Shown: positions 22,790 to 37,529, numbered from the stretch's first letter. The stretch is 64,000 bases of DNA from Podarcis gaigeae (GCA_964106915.2 OZ066914.1); one strand, 5' to 3'. A program made the numbers and translations. Notes: a model not told the origin generated them from the letters alone.

Positions 22790-25700
22790 ATCGGGTCTAT
22801 ATAAGATCTAAAAATAAAGGCACAAAAGAAATGAATATCGATGGCAGCAACAACAACAAAACCCAACAACACACCTTCAACAATAGCCCAGCCCAAGAGT
22901 CCTGACATTGCTGTGGTTCAGAGGGATTTATCCCCACCTTTTTCCCTGACAGGGACTTGAGGAAGCTTACAGATAAAATTAAGGAGAGATTTAAAAACAC
23001 TGGGGTGGGATAACATTTTTTTAAATTAAATATTAATAGAATTAAAACTATACAGATACAGATATAAAGATCTATTAAAACCATGCAGATAATTTCAGTA
23101 AAAACAGCACAGCACCGATGCTTTCATTAAAAACAGACTGTGATGAGACAGCAACACTTTCCTCCAGCACTTTGAGAATAGCAAGGGAGGATGATCTGGG
23201 TGGGCAGATTTCTACTGGTCCCAGGAACAGAATTTGAAATCAGCTACCATTTTGTTATTTATCAGTGGTCAACTGAGAAAATTCCTTAAAATGGGTTCAT
23301 AACTGTGGTACCTCTCAGAGTGGCCCATGTTAGAAGTGCAGGGAGTGACGGCTGCTGCAGATGATGTGAACAAAGCACTTTATATATTCATATTCTGTTT
23401 TTCTCTGTTTTATGTATTTTATCTTTTGTAATGGTTTCAGCTATAATGATGATGATGATGATATGTGATATGTGATAATGTACCGTGAGACTTTTTTAAA
23501 TGGGAAAAATAAGAAAGCAGTCTATTGACATTGTTGACATTGTTAAACATTTGGGAGGAAGAAACTGAGGGGTGGGAGAGTTACACAGATCATTCATTGG
23601 TTTCATGTTAGCAGCTGCCTAAGTGGAAATGGCAAAGAATTGGAAGCAGGCTGACCATTGAACAGTGGGGAACTGGACAAAACACATCTGGCATATTGCA
23701 GTGGCCGAGAAGCTGACTTTCAAATTGAAATTGGCAAAGGAAAAATCATTAACATTGGATATGCAATATGGAATACCTTTGTGGTTAATATTAAAGAGTA
23801 CAGACAAGGCTGTCCTCAAGGCAGGGACACATCACTGGAAATCCTAAATGTAGTTATTTATTTATTTTAATGCACACAGACACACACAACTCTAACTCGT
23901 CAATAGGTTAGAGACTGCACCTTTTAAGAGTGGCTGCCAGGCTTGGATTTGCACTTTTCTGGAGAACGGCTTTCCTGGGACCACAGGAAACTCAGATGAA
24001 TGTTGCTGCTTCTGATGTAATGATGCTGCTTCAACAAATGTTACAATATTGCTACAATATTTCAAACCCTTAAAGACCAGGTGTGAAATTCACCTTAGGG
24101 GTTTTTAATTTGATTTACAGTATTGTTGTTCAACTGACAAATTAGAGTTGTGTGTAAAGCCTTACTCTGTTATTGTTAAATGGGTGAATAAAGCAATTTG
24201 TGGGAAATTAATTCTGAATAGGTTTAGTCCCATACAAAATAGTAGATCACCATGGTTTCTCATTGCTTCTCTTCAGCACCATGTTGTGGTACAATGGGGT
24301 CCACTCATAAGTCAACAACCTGTTGTTACAAGTCATACATAAAATGATGCCAATGTATCATGTAAATGCAAACTTTTAAAAAGTAAATCACAAGACCAAC
24401 CATTTGGAAAAGAAAACAAAAAAAAAATTGGATACTGAACAACAAACAACCAGTGTACAGTACACATTATTTCAGACTGTGGGGGAGCAAACAATGGTTG
24501 GCAGCCGATAATGCAGTCCAAACACCCTCCTGGAGCGCAGACTATACCACCCATTCACACTGCAGGGACAGCAGTCTTCACAGCACAGGTCTGGTCCCCA
24601 CAATTTCCTGTGCATGCAAAGCTACCACCCGCCCTACATGCCAAAATATGTGCAATGTGCAAAAGTGCTATACTAGTAGAAGAACTATGACCAAGTTTAG
24701 AAGGCAACACTAAGTTCAAATTTAATATCTTCTGTTTCTCATCCCACTGTTTAAACAAGCAGTATGGTTTTTTAAAAAATCTCAAAGCTGCAGTTGACAT
24801 TAAGCCTACAGTATCAATATGCCATGCTGCAGCTTTCATTAGCAATGCCAGCCCCCGCATGGTTCCACCCACCCACATGAATTATAATCAATTGGATGTT
24901 ACAAGCAAATTGCTTCTTAGATTTCAACTGGACTCCTAGCAGCTACAGATTCTTTATCTATATTCAATTTCTATACTGAAGTAATAGCAATAGATTGGTA
25001 CCAGGTGCCTATTGTATTTGTTCAGCTACCTTCTTTAAATATGCCTTATATTCTATCCAATGCACAAATTATTCCAGCTGGAGTACTTAGATTTAAACTG
25101 ATTCCTAGCCTGATTCTAACACCTGGTGCAGTGCCACTCTGATGCTGATGTGATATGTTTGGGAGTGAGTCTCAAATTCCTTTTTAAAGCATTACTAGTT
25201 AGAAAGGTGTCAGGTAAATTTCTAGATGTCTTGCAATCCAGGCACCCCCACCCCACTGCTTCTTTCCTCTTGCTTCTTGATGAAAATTTACATTAAAGAA
25301 TCAGCAACATTTTATTGGACATTGTCAACAAAATGCAAGCCTTATTAGACATTTCTTTCCAATACATAGATCTGAGAGAGTAGAAAGCAACAATTTAAAC
25401 TAGTTAAAGGAAGAGCAACTGTTTATTTCTGGCTTGGGGACTGTTTAATAAGAAGTGAACCTAAAACATTAGATGTAACAATGAATCATCCTTAGGCAGT
25501 TCTTTAACCCTTTAGTTTAACAGGGTAGCATCAGCAAGCCACCAATAATCTTCAGGCAGTTTCAACTTTTGGCATCTACACCAGCAAAGGGGTGGGGTAA
25601 ACTAGTGAATAACAGAACTAATAAGGGCAATAAACAATCAATTCACACATTGATGTTCAAGGGACAAGGGGTCATTTACATTTCCCTGCAAATGTCATGA

Positions 25701-27788
25701 GTGAAGGTTTCTGCAATCCATGTAGCTGTCTGCCTTTCTTATCAGAAATAATCTCTGCAGGGAATACATGTCCATTAATGATGAACTGAAATGGGTGTTT
25801 GTGCGTTTAGTAAATTTTCCCACCTGTGAAACAATCCCCTTTCCAGCCATTTAGACAACTCTTTGTGAAAAAATACGCGCCAATCTGTAAGGCAGCAAGT
25901 GCTGGCAGAAGAGGGGGTGCAATCCTGCTGCCAAGGAAACCAGCGCAGCAAGACAGTGCCCCAACTGCAGACAACAGGACGTGTTTCTTTCTAGCCTGTG
26001 TTGAAGATGGAAGCGATGCAAAGAATGTACTTGCTCCATGTCTATAACTTTAAATGGCTTCTTCACAACACTTCCCAAGGTAGTCAGGGATTATATGGTG
26101 AAGACAATGCTATCAAGGCATCTTGTCATGAATCACATTTGGCTACATGATCATATCACTGAGTGAGCCCCAATTGGTTGAAATAATGAGGTGAAGAAGT
26201 CTTTTCAGTAAAAGCAATTGTGCCCAAGCAGCATTTTATATTTATGTCTTTATCCACAAGAAATAGATTCAAATGATTCATAACAGTCACATGCTCAGCG
26301 TACAGCCCCCCCCCCCCCGTCTCTTTCCTTTCCATCCTCAGCTACTAGGGCTTGCCCAGGACAAACATCATAAACACTTAGAGTTAGCAGAATACAACAG
26401 AGCAGCAGACAAAGAATAATGGCAGTGGGCAATCTTGAAAAAAAGATGTGAAATGTAGGAAGTAGAGGGCTTTTTGCATGAACAATTTGGCACTCCTGAA
26501 ACAGCATCTTTCACAGTGAAAACTGAATCTTGTGAAAATCTTTCCAGTAGCACCTTAGAGACCAACTAAGTTTGTTATTGTATGCATGCATACAAATCAC
26601 TCCTTTCTGTGGAATATAGTTTATTTATTTTGCTGTACACACACAGGTGTGATGCCAGTGTGTGATATCCTAACATACATATTCATGACCAGGCAAGATA
26701 GCTATGCTTTATGAATGTATATGGAAAAATTCATCAGTGAAGCAGGTCCTGTTTCTCATTGAACTGAAGCTAAGATACAGTCACAATGGGGCAGAGGACA
26801 CACCATGATATTTATGACACATGATCCCTGGGACTGATAGCAAAGTCCTCATACATGGACCATTTAAATTATGTGAACGGAAAAAGAACTAGCTTTCAAA
26901 ATTCACTCTCCTCCACATTTTGAGATACAGTTCTTCTACAAAAAGTGTGCCCAAAGGTGTAAATATTTAGTGAAAATAAACAAAATGCATAACGTTAAGG
27001 GAAGATTGCTTGTAAAATTCTGTGTTTTAGTACATATGCACACTAAAATGTTGATGGATTTTCACAAGGACTTCTTTTTTAAAGAAAACAACAACCCCAC
27101 GATTGAGGAACTGTGTCCCTGCTCCCACTCAGACTATGGTGACACAGGCTCTTCCTTGAGAGGAAGGAAAATATCTTTATTGATTAAAAGTGCAGGTTCT
27201 GCAACAGGTAGTGGGTCACAGCAGCCTTAATGCTCAGGTTAGCTGACAGGGACGTTGGAACTATCTCATCTAGAAGCAGCAATCCAAGTTTAAGGCATCC
27301 AAGATTTAGGCAAGGAGGTCAGAACTGCACAGAAGCAACAGAGTTGTCCCAGTAGGCTAGCCCACCCACCCACCATGTGCCTTGTGAAAATGTCAAGTTC
27401 CAGATGTGCACTGTATTAGGGAGGGATGGGGCTGATCCGCCCCTTCTTAATCCATTTCTTCTACCTGCAGCAGTTGGTTGACACCCCATTGAAGCTTCCC
27501 TGGGGGGGAGGGAGGGAGGTGGGAGTCCTGCTCCCCATCTGGAGCAGCCATATCCTGCCTCCTCCAGACACTGTTCCTTGGTCTCAGCCCCCCCCCACAC
27601 ATTTCATCCTCCTGCTCCCCCTCCTTGCTTGTCTCTGCCTGCCACTCTATGCCTGAGCCTGGTGGCACCATGAGGCCCGTGACAAGGGGTGAACTGAATT
27701 TGAGATAGGAAAAATGAGAAACACAGAAACCAAAACTGACAGGTTCATTCATCCCTACTGCAAAGTGCCACAAGAAGCAGGATCTTGA

Positions 27789-27924
27789 CAGGGCTTTTTT
27801 TCAGTCAGAAATTGCTGGAACTCAGTTCTGGAACCTCTCAGGTGGGTGCCGTTGTCATTGTAAGAGAACAAGGGAGGCATTCACGGTGAGTTCCGCCATC
27901 TCTCTTTCTAGAAAAATAGCACTG
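27789..27924. mobile_element. hAT-type MITE (degenerate TSD)
   Basis: Ends CAGGGCTTTTTTT / AAAAATAGCACTG. Confidence 0.55.
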
Positions 27925-28461
27925 GTTATTGTAGCCCTGTAGTCATCACTTTTCCTAATTTGCACTGATCGAAACTCTTGTTGTCTTAGGTTATGTTCAT
28001 AGTTTGATTAATGAGTATACCCTCACCGACTCTGTGGCAGCCTTTGATTCCCACTTCAGCCATCAGGTAAGGTTGATTTCACCCCCCATCTTGTTCCTGA
28101 TGTACTTCTTCACTCACGCCTTCTTTCCTGGCAGGAGGGGAATGCCCTTTTGTGGTTCAGGTGCCAAAATGTCTTGGGCTGGCCCTGATGTGCTGGATTG
28201 TGCTGTGTACAAAGTTAATATCTTAAGCATTCTGATAAAAGGCTGTGGCTCAGTTATTAATCGGCTTTCACGGCTCAGCTATAAATTAGTCAAGCATTCC
28301 AGGCTTTCCTATTTATTTAGTGCTTGCCTCATGAATTCAATTTTCAGGACCACATTCACATAAAGCCTTGTTTAGTGGATGACAGTTTGTCTATATTACC
28401 CTTTTTGCATCTGCCCCATGTTCCTTGCACTAAAATAAATTATATCCACAAATGGTTTGAG

Positions 28462-28594
28462 CAGTGCTTTTTTCTGGGGGAACACAGGGGTACGCATACC
28501 CCTAAACATTTTGTGAATCTAAGTTTGGCCTCATTTCAATATGAGTAGGAAAATGAGAGTACCCCTAAACATTTTTTTAAAGAAAAAAGCACTG
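28462..28594. mobile_element. hAT-type MITE with 8-bp TSD
   Basis: TIRs CAGTGCTTTTTT / AAAAAAGCACTG. TSD GGTTTGAG at 28454-28461 and 28595-28602. Confidence 0.85.
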
Positions 28595-30600
28595 GGTTTG
28601 AGAAGACTGTAAAAGGCTGGGTGGGGGACTTTGGGAGGTATTCAGCTAGGTTTTACTCAGTGTTAGACCTGCTCAAATTAATGAACATGATTAAATTATG
28701 TCCATTAATTTAAATGTGTCTATGCTGAGTAAAAGTTAGTTGAATACTAGCCTTTAATGTTGAAACAGTAAGCAATATCTACAGTACTGTATACCTTGTC
28801 AATGTGATGATTTTTTAAATGCAGTTTATCTTGCTACAAATTCGTTGAGAGTGAGGAATACTGGCTAAACTGTTGTTAACAGTACACTGTGAACTTTGGA
28901 CTGTTTAAAAAATGTCCATGTTATCATTCAACATTTTCTGCGTCAAAACAGATTCACAGGGTATCATATACAAGCTGCTTTTAACTTTTCTTTCTCTCAT
29001 TGGAATGACAACGGTGACATCTACTGTTTAAGGGAAGAACTGTTCAACTAGGTGCAAATCCACAAAGATTCAAATGTTTCCCAGTGGTATGCTGTCTTCC
29101 AGCGCATTGGCACATATCCCAATATACGTTCTGATGAAAACCCAGATCTGCGCTCACTGCCCTTTTTTCCAGACACCCCATGTTTAGGCCCTTATAACTG
29201 AAGACTTAATATCTTGCAGAGAAAGTCCCAAAACTCAGGAGCAGAGAACATACTTTTAAATAGGGATGATCACACCAGGAATAGGGCAACTTCTAACCAT
29301 TCATTCTGGCCAAGTTGGGTTATTGTTTAGTACTTGAGACAAGACCCACATCAGACATTGGCAGACATATGCAGAGTGCCTCTGGGCAAATGAAAATGGT
29401 GGGTGGCTAGGGGTCTCACCAGCACTGTACTGGGCATGCACGCAGCTCAGGACCGACACAGCCATTGGGTGGTGCCTAATGCCATCTGCTGCCTCTGCCA
29501 TCTCCAGAGAAGCGGTCCTGGCATTTGCTCTGATTTTGGGTGAGATTGTGCGTATTTCCGGCAAGATCTCACCAAGAGTGTGATATCTTGCATGATTTTG
29601 ACAGGATCTAGGTGGAAATTGGAACAATCTCATTTGAGACCAGCCGGGGCTGTTGCCACTTGTCTGAGTGGCAGATGTTGCAGGGTAAGTGATGGCAGTG
29701 ACAGGGCAATTTCTGTTTTGCTTCAAGTGGCAACACAGGCTGTGTGGTCCCTGGTTCAGCTGTCCTGTAAGCAAAGTAGGAAAAAGAAGTTGTGTGTGTT
29801 TTGTTTTTTTAAGGGAAGAGCCAGGAAATCTGTTGTCTAGCACAGAGCACTGGGTCTCCGGTCCCCTAGACCACCCCCTAACAATGCCCATGTAGTCAAT
29901 ATTTAGTGACATTCTGGCGTTTTTCTTAGGGAGGCAATAATAACTCTCTAGGATCATGCTCAGTCCCAGGGGCTTTCCAAACGGGCCTTTATAGTGGTAT
30001 AATCACTGGTGGACCAGTGGTCAGGGATGGTGGGAATTGTAGTCCAAAACATCTGGAGGGCTGAAGGCTGGGGATGCCTGAGTTTCAGCATTCTCCTGAT
30101 GTCTCTTTGAAGGCAGTGGGGCTGGTGGGCATGATTTAGGAGACATCTGACCAATGTAAGCTTTCTGTTTGGGATGTTCTGAAGAGACTAAGGTAGATCA
30201 CGACAAGAGTTCTGGGACGAGGTGTAGAGAGAGGCACATGCCACCTCTTCTAATCCCACAAGGTTATAATGCCGGGCATTATATACCATAAACAAATGCA
30301 CAAAAGCAACAGCATGAAAGAGCTATCCCCATGCACATGCTCATAGCTGTTACTTTTACTGTCTGGAGGAGTATGAGGATATGCAAAGGTCAACATGACA
30401 GCCATGGAACTTTTCTCAATTCAGGCACAAGCCACCATTAGTCTGGAAGGGGAAAACCATATTCATTTTCTAATAACAGCAGCATGTGACCCCAAATGCA
30501 GATGGTTAGCTCCAAATTCACTCTTACAAACATCAGAGCAAACAGCAACTGTACCACTCTAAAAGGTAAGTGTGGAAAGCCCTTTGTTCATTAAACTCTT

Positions 30601-30619
30601 TAGCCACTAGGTGGCAAAA
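30601..30619 (+). promoter_or_regulatory. CTCF consensus motif
   Basis: TAGCCACTAGGTGGCAAAA matches the CCACYAGRKGGCR core exactly. Binding not shown. Confidence 0.5.
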
Positions 30620-30987
30620 ACAAATCAACCAGCCATACAATGGTTTGCCTGTAAAAAGGTCCAGGTTCAATCCCTGTTATCTCTGGCTAAACAGATGAGG
30701 ATGGGAAATACCATCTAAATAACAGTTTGTCTCAAGACATCCTTTTCCACTACAAAGCAAAAGATCAGGTTTTTTAAAACAAAAACAAAAACCCACACCT
30801 CTCCCAAAGTTCTTAAAATGAGTATCACTATTCAAATTTTCTTGCAGCTTACTTTGTTGTTGTTTTATCCACCCATCATGAGCAGGTCCCATGATTTAAA
30901 ATTGAGAGTAAAAAAAAAACCAGATTAAAAATAGATTCTAGTCACAGGCCCTGAAAACACACATCTCAGGAGTCAAAAGTCAGGGTA

Positions 30988-31144
30988 CAGAATCATAGAA
31001 CTGTAGAGTTGGAAGGGATCCTGAGGTTCATCTAGTCCAAGCCCCTGAGATGCAGGAATCCTGCCCATAGCCTTTGCTGGGTGGGCTGGAACAACCAATC
31101 CTCTTTTTAGCAGCCAGGGGCACTGACTCATTGCGCCACAGGGA
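30988..31144 (-). mobile_element. tRNA-Asn-headed SINE with CR1 3' tail
   Basis: Minus strand TCCCTGTGGCGCAATGAGTCAGTG...AGCCCACCCAG, then GGATTCCTGCA...CCAACTCTACAGTTCTATGATTCTG. Confidence 0.7.
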
Positions 31145-31758
31145 AGTGTGGCTTCAGCATTTGCTGAAAGCGGTATAGTGAAGAAGCCAGGTGATCCTTT
31201 GAAGGGAAGGAACCCTATAACTTGGGGGCTGCCACAGAAAATGCCCTCTCTCAGGCCACCCAAACTTCTGAGGAAGGTTTAACTACCAAGAGGACCCCTC
31301 TACTGCTCTCAATATTTAGGAGGTTTCCTAGGGAGAAATTCCATTCTGTTTGCATTTAAAGGCAAATCTAGCAATTTTGGAGTGTTCCAAGAAATATGTG
31401 AGCTGAAACATAGCTATAGGACATCAGAATCTACGTTTTTCTGAATTTTGCAGTGCCACTTTCAAGCCAAGTAAGGTGTACCAAAATTTGTGTGCTGGGG
31501 TAAGATGTGCATTAAAAATGCACATGTTAGTGGAAAATAAACTGATGCCAAACTGAATTTAAGTCAGAAACAAGAAACGTAGTAAGCCAAAACTGACAGA
31601 TTCACTCATCTCTACCTTCTGCTGAGTGATTGTCCTCCAAACTACAACCAGAACACATGGTCTGAATGAAGTGGCTTTCTCATTCTGGTTTGGAGGGCAA
31701 GGGCTGCTGCTATTGAATCCGATGACATCTAAATAGAAAATGGAGTGGGAAGCGGAAT

Positions 31759-31929
31759 TAGAAAACCATAGAATCTTAGAATGGTGGATTTGGAAGGGAT
31801 CCCCCCAAGGGTCATCTAGTTCTACTCCCTGCAGTGCAGGAATCCTGCCCACAGCTGTCCCTGGGTGGGCTCAAACCTCCAAGCTTCTGGTTAACAGCCA
31901 GACACACTGACCCATTGTGCCAGGGAGAG
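31759..31929 (-). mobile_element. tRNA-Asn-headed SINE with CR1 3' tail
   Basis: Minus strand CTGGCACAATGGGTCAGTGTGTCTGGCTGTTAACCAGAAGCTTGGAGGTTTGAGCCCACCCAGGGAC (tRNA-Asn GTT-like) plus CR1 tail. Confidence 0.75.
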
Positions 31930-34789
31930 AGAAGGAAGGAGAGGGGGTGCAATCTGATGGTTAATTTATGGTCCTCAGCATCATTTGGCAAAACACACTT
32001 TTCTCCTACATCTCATGGTCTAGAAGAGGACCACTTGAATTGGGCAACCGCGGCATAAATGGAGCCTAATATATCAACGGCTATTAGACATGATAATCAA
32101 ATGGAACCTCCATCTTCAGAAGCAACATAGCTTGGCATGCCAGCTGCGGGACTGCAGGCAGGGGTTGTTGATTTCACGCCCTCTCCATGGGCTTCCCAGA
32201 AGCCGGCCACGGTTGGAAACAAGACACTGGACTAAATGGACCTTTAGTATGATCAATCTAGCAGGGCTTTTTATGTGCAAGAAACATCAGCCATAGTGGA
32301 AATGAATTGCTCGGATTTAGTGTTGTGGAAATTATCACATGCAAATGGAACTTTCACAGTTGAGATTTTGAGTATTTGTGAAATAGAAACAATTTGACAT
32401 GCAATTTTTTTTGGGGGGGATATTCATTACACTTCTCATTTAAATCTAAAAGGAAGCATAACACCTGAATATATTTGAACACTAAATCATTAGCTGCATT
32501 AGCTACTTAAGGAGGGGGAAAGACAGAAAATCTCTTTCAAGCTTTTAAAAATTGCCATAACATTCCAATATTCTAAAGTACAGCCTCCCAGATTTCTCCC
32601 AGATTAGCCTCCCTTTCAGAGTTTCCCTTGTTGTTCCCTTCTGAGATATGCTGCTGAATACTCCCTTCATCATTCCTTGAGATGTTTTCCAGATTCTTTT
32701 CAGTGGACTGTGTGCAGGACTGTGCATTCTCTGAAGTAGAAAAGAAGACAGGCAGATAGAAAGCAAGCAAGAGAATTCCATGTCAAGAAAGTAATGTTAG
32801 AACTTGTCGGATGTGATCCACAGGAAAGCAGAACAATGTTGAACACCACTCCAAAACACTGCTGTGCAGTAGCAAGACCCCAGGGGGTTCCAGTGGCTCA
32901 GCCAGGGTTGTGTTGGAAAATCAAGGCACACATATTTACACCTGGAGTCTTCAAGTGGAGAGGCTACAGAACATGATACCCCAAGAGTGTCTATTATTGC
33001 CCCTCTCGCAGCTTCTGCAAGCTTGGGTCCAAACCAGTAGTCAGCCATGGCTCCTGGACTCTTGGTGCAGCCTCCTCCAGCCACATGTCAAAACTGTACA
33101 CACCTGGTTTAATCACCGCATAAGTCTTGTTTTAAGAGAGCGATCACATGATGTACCAAGGCTATCTTGTGAATTCAGTGGCTGTGTCTTTCCCAAGTGT
33201 CAGTTGGCATGTTCAGTCGGGCTTTGTCACTGTGGACTTGCTAGCCTCTCTTAGTAGTGACACACAGAGTAGTAATGGATATTTCATTGCAATGCGAATC
33301 TCCATTGCAAAAAAAATTATTCAGTGTATGACGTAATGAACATATTTAGCACTTAAAGGTGATGTGCAAACCTGCAGGGTATGAATGAATGCCAAGGATT
33401 TCTGAAAAGGCTGGTTTTACTGCCAACATTTTTTAAAAAAATCCTTGCAGTTTATATTAATAAGGCTGGATGTTATTGCATGCCAAAAGTTATTGTGATT
33501 TATAAAGTATTCCTCACCTAGTGCATAATAAAAATACTTGGCTCTCAAATCCAATAACTAACAGATGATAGTAGCTTTATCTTCAATATTTAACATGACC
33601 TGTAACTTTCTGTCATATCTGATGACATTTTGCTATAATTTTTTTTTTCTACTAGTATTTTAGATTGCTTGAACTACTACAGAACAAGGAGACATCAGGA
33701 GGGAGGGAGGGAAGAAGGTATAGATTCTATATTATTTTATCTCAGTCCTTGAAAATGTTGGCAGGTGCCAACAATTAATTAAAAATACCGATAATATTCC
33801 CTTGTTCAATGTCACTTGACATATTCTTGTATTTAGGAAACCCCAGTATTTCACAACAGCATAAAACACACACACAATGCAATAAGGAGTTTTACTTGGT
33901 AGAAATTCTTAAATGCCCTTATGAACTAGTAGTGACTCACAATACATTCTCAGGTACCGGTAATTCTTGTGACTAGGAAATTATGGGAGGCCTTTTGTAC
34001 TGCAGTGAACTAACACACACTAATTTACAACACCAGCATGAACTCACGAGGTGGGGCTGGATTTGGGCAAGCAAGTACCATGCATTTCCAATGACCCAAA
34101 TGATTAAATTTTAATAAATTACTAACCTTCCTGACAGAGCACCATCTGATATGTCTCATTCAGTTCAATGGGACTTACTCCTAGCTCAGAGTGCATGGGA
34201 TTGCAATTGAAATGCACTATATAGCCAGACCATTGGTTGGTGTGTGCCTTTGTCCTCCTGGTGTTTATCTTTCTTTCCTCCCCCACTTTTAAAAATATGT
34301 ATATTACTGTTTTGCAATAGCAAGTACAAACCAAACCATACAACAGGAAAATAAAACAAACTGTGGAGTACTACAATATTGACTGAAGCACTTTAACTTA
34401 GGTCCAAAAATGTACTAGCAACCAATGAAACTAGTACAATATAGGTATTGCATGCTCCAACATCAACTGCCCTGGGAAAAATGGGACACCTCGTGAGAGT
34501 TAAGCAGCCCAAATTTCAGGCTGTGCTTTCTTCGGTCATGGTGCCCTAAAACACACATTTTTGAGCACTGCACCAAAAATGCACATTTTCTGTGCCCAGA
34601 AAAATCACTTTTTGAGGGGCCGCAATCTCACACAGGTCATATGACTTGTGTAGGAGTGCCGCCCTGGAAGATGGTGTCCCAGTTTTGGACCACTTCACAT
34701 CGGAAAGGATGCTCCAACTGCCTGGCTTCCACCAATATCCCAGCATTTTGCACCAGTTGACCATCTTCCAGACCACCTCTATATCTTTA

Positions 34790-34895
34790 TGTTTACCCCG
34801 CTTCTCCATCATATTTATTTTCTTTGGGGTGCTGGCTTCTATAGGTGATAACCATAAAGGTGTTGTCTTTTCCAATAAATCTTGATACTCCATAT
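34790..34895 (-). mobile_element. Short L1 ORF2 remnant
   Basis: YQDLLEKTTPLWLSPIEA resembles the squamate L1 ORF2 C-terminal region. Abuts a microsatellite. Confidence 0.45.
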
Positions 34896-34898
34896 GTT

Positions 34899-34957
34899 CT
34901 CCTCCTCCTCCTCCTCCTCCTCCTCCTTCTTCTTCTTCTTCTTCTTCTTCTTCTTCT
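34899..34957. repeat. Compound (TCC)n(TTC)n microsatellite
   Basis: Directly visible. Confidence 0.95.
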
Positions 34958-35298
34958 GCAATGATTTAAAAATTATTTGTGTATTTTTACCTCATCATAT
35001 CATAAATAAGCATGCTACCCATCAGCAAGGAGACTCTTATGGGGGTAAAAAAAATTATTCTGTATGTTAAGTTACAAGAGCTTACATCATCAGACAGCAC
35101 TCCCTGTGTTGGCAATAAAGTGTGTTTAAAAAAAGTGTGCAAAATAGCAGGAGGAAGGATTCACAGCTTCTAAACACTGGTCTGCCTCTCACATCTTTCT
35201 GACATCTCCATCCTTTGCCTGAAAGGTGACAAGAAGCAGAAAAGGGTGTCAGAATCTCAACACACAGCAAGCAGAAAAACAGTTCTCCATGCATAACC

Positions 35299-35332
<34 letters not shown>

Positions 35333-37529
35333 CCACCTTTTCCCCGGACAGGGACTCCAAAGGCAATAAAAGGTCATGATGCACTAGACTAGCAACTCGA
35401 AAGAACACACTAAAGACAAAAATGCATCCCAAACAGGAACCTGCCAGCAGGACAGTAAACAGAGAGTTGCCAACAGTTCCCATAACAACGTGATTTCCAG
35501 TGTGGATTTGTTTTCTGTACAGCTTGATTTGAAGCACAGAAACATTATTTCATGTGCTAATGATAAAGATAAAGATAATGTCCATCAACTTCAAAGTTTA
35601 AAGGCGGTGTAGTTTTTTTAAAAAAACTGGGTTGGGCATGGAATGGAATGCATGAGAGCGAAAGTATCCTGACAAGTGGAACAGGTTGAGTGAAACAAGA
35701 GGCTGGAATTTGGGGGCCATAGTATCAGTTTTGATAAATGTCCCAATAGTGAAAAAGGCAAGAGTTGCTTATAGTTTATGGGATGGGATAATTTGTGTGC
35801 TGGGTGTGAACTTACATCTGGTGTATGCAGTCCGAAGGAGCAGCTGAATGTGGGGCACCTGATGACCCATGTGGTGGAGCACTGAACTCTGCCTGATAGC
35901 TCCCATGGAAAGTCAGCACAAGCTTAATTCCCAGTATGCCCAAACTGATCACACGCACACTTGATGGGCACCGACATAGAGCTACATCAAATTAGAAAAG
36001 GTATTTAAAAAATGCATATTTATTTATTTATTTATTTATTTGTGGTACCCCCCTTCCCCCCAAACCCCACCTTTTAGTCCAAAAAAGACTTCCAGAACAA
36101 CCAGTACCTGGACAGTTCCTGCACTCAGGCTTATAATCTGGGCCTGAGCTCAGACTTGCATGATACGAAAGGAAAAGTGATCAGAAGGGAAGAGGTGGGG
36201 AATTGAATGCAGATACTAGTTCTTTGTTGCAAAGTTATTCCTAGCATATACTGAATAAACTGTGGAACACGGTGATACTGTGCGACATTGATACCATGCC
36301 AATTATCCCTGTTCTTCATGGTGACCAACCCTGATGCCTCTGTTCTTCCTCCCCTATTAGAGACAGTCTGCCTTTCCTTGTGTACCCCTTGGGAGAGGGC
36401 CATAGTTCTCATGTCCTGCTAATGCATCTGATTGATCCCTGTGAGAACAGAGTGCTGGACCAGAAGGGGCTTTGGCCTGATCCAGCAGACTTTTTGTTGT
36501 GTTCTTATGAAGGCTCTAAGATGCAATGCACAGGTATGCAGTTTAATTTCACCGTAGGCTTGCAGTATGCGCATCCTTCCACCATGTTCACAAATAAAAG
36601 CAATTAATTGAAGTAGAGCTCATATATGAGCACAGTGTAATTAACTAAAGAGAGGCACGTACGTTACTAATTTAACCTCCAAAGGTAAGGCTGAAATGAA
36701 GATGACTATCAAACTGAATTATTTCTTCATTAGCAAAGCTCAGGGACAATCTCTGCTGTTGAGAAATGAATTTTAATTGTGTGTGAATGCTTCCATAACG
36801 TAAGTCCAATTACTCCACAAGGGAGGGCATTATTAATATGGGGGAAAGTATAGACAACCAAATAGAAGTGATTTAAGTAATATATATATATACATAGTAT
36901 TCCGGCTAGCAAGGCCTTCATAGTGTTATCTGTTGGAAATTCAAGCCCTTCTCATGAGAAGCTGGCAGCAATCCCAGGCACCCGGCTTGATTCCCTGTTG
37001 ACCTCCCTGGCTGCATTCCCCAGCAGACGCAGGCAAGGTCTCAATCGGTGATTCTTCTGAAACGTGAGAAGAACACACCCCTCTTTCCTGCCTCCCCCAG
37101 GCAGGGGAAAGAGATAGACAGAAATGTATTTACATGCTTTTATTTCTGTCTTTGCAGCGTTACAAAAAACATGACTGCTCTCTTCAAATTCCAGCATTGT
37201 TGTGAATAAAAAAACTCCCTGTACATCCTGTACAGCTCATATTACACTGTGAGGTAATTCCGGTGCTGCGCACTGTGAAATGACTGCCCCTCTGTTCCCA
37301 CAGCAGTCCCAACATTCCCATCATGTTTACACTTCAAGCTAGGACTTTGCAGCTGCATTGCTTCATTATCGTAACATTATCTTGCTGTGCTACCATCTAA
37401 ATTATTGGTGTTACTGAGAAGCACGTTCATGGGGGGGGGGGAAATAGGTCTGCAAACCCACAAACTATTCTTTCATCACATATTCATATTGAAACAAGCT
37501 CATGTTTCTCCCCATATGTTTATATATCC

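Noticed and set aside
29301-29957. 218-aa ORF, the longest non-TE ORF
   Set aside because: No recognisable domain, splice structure or promoter; composition looks random.
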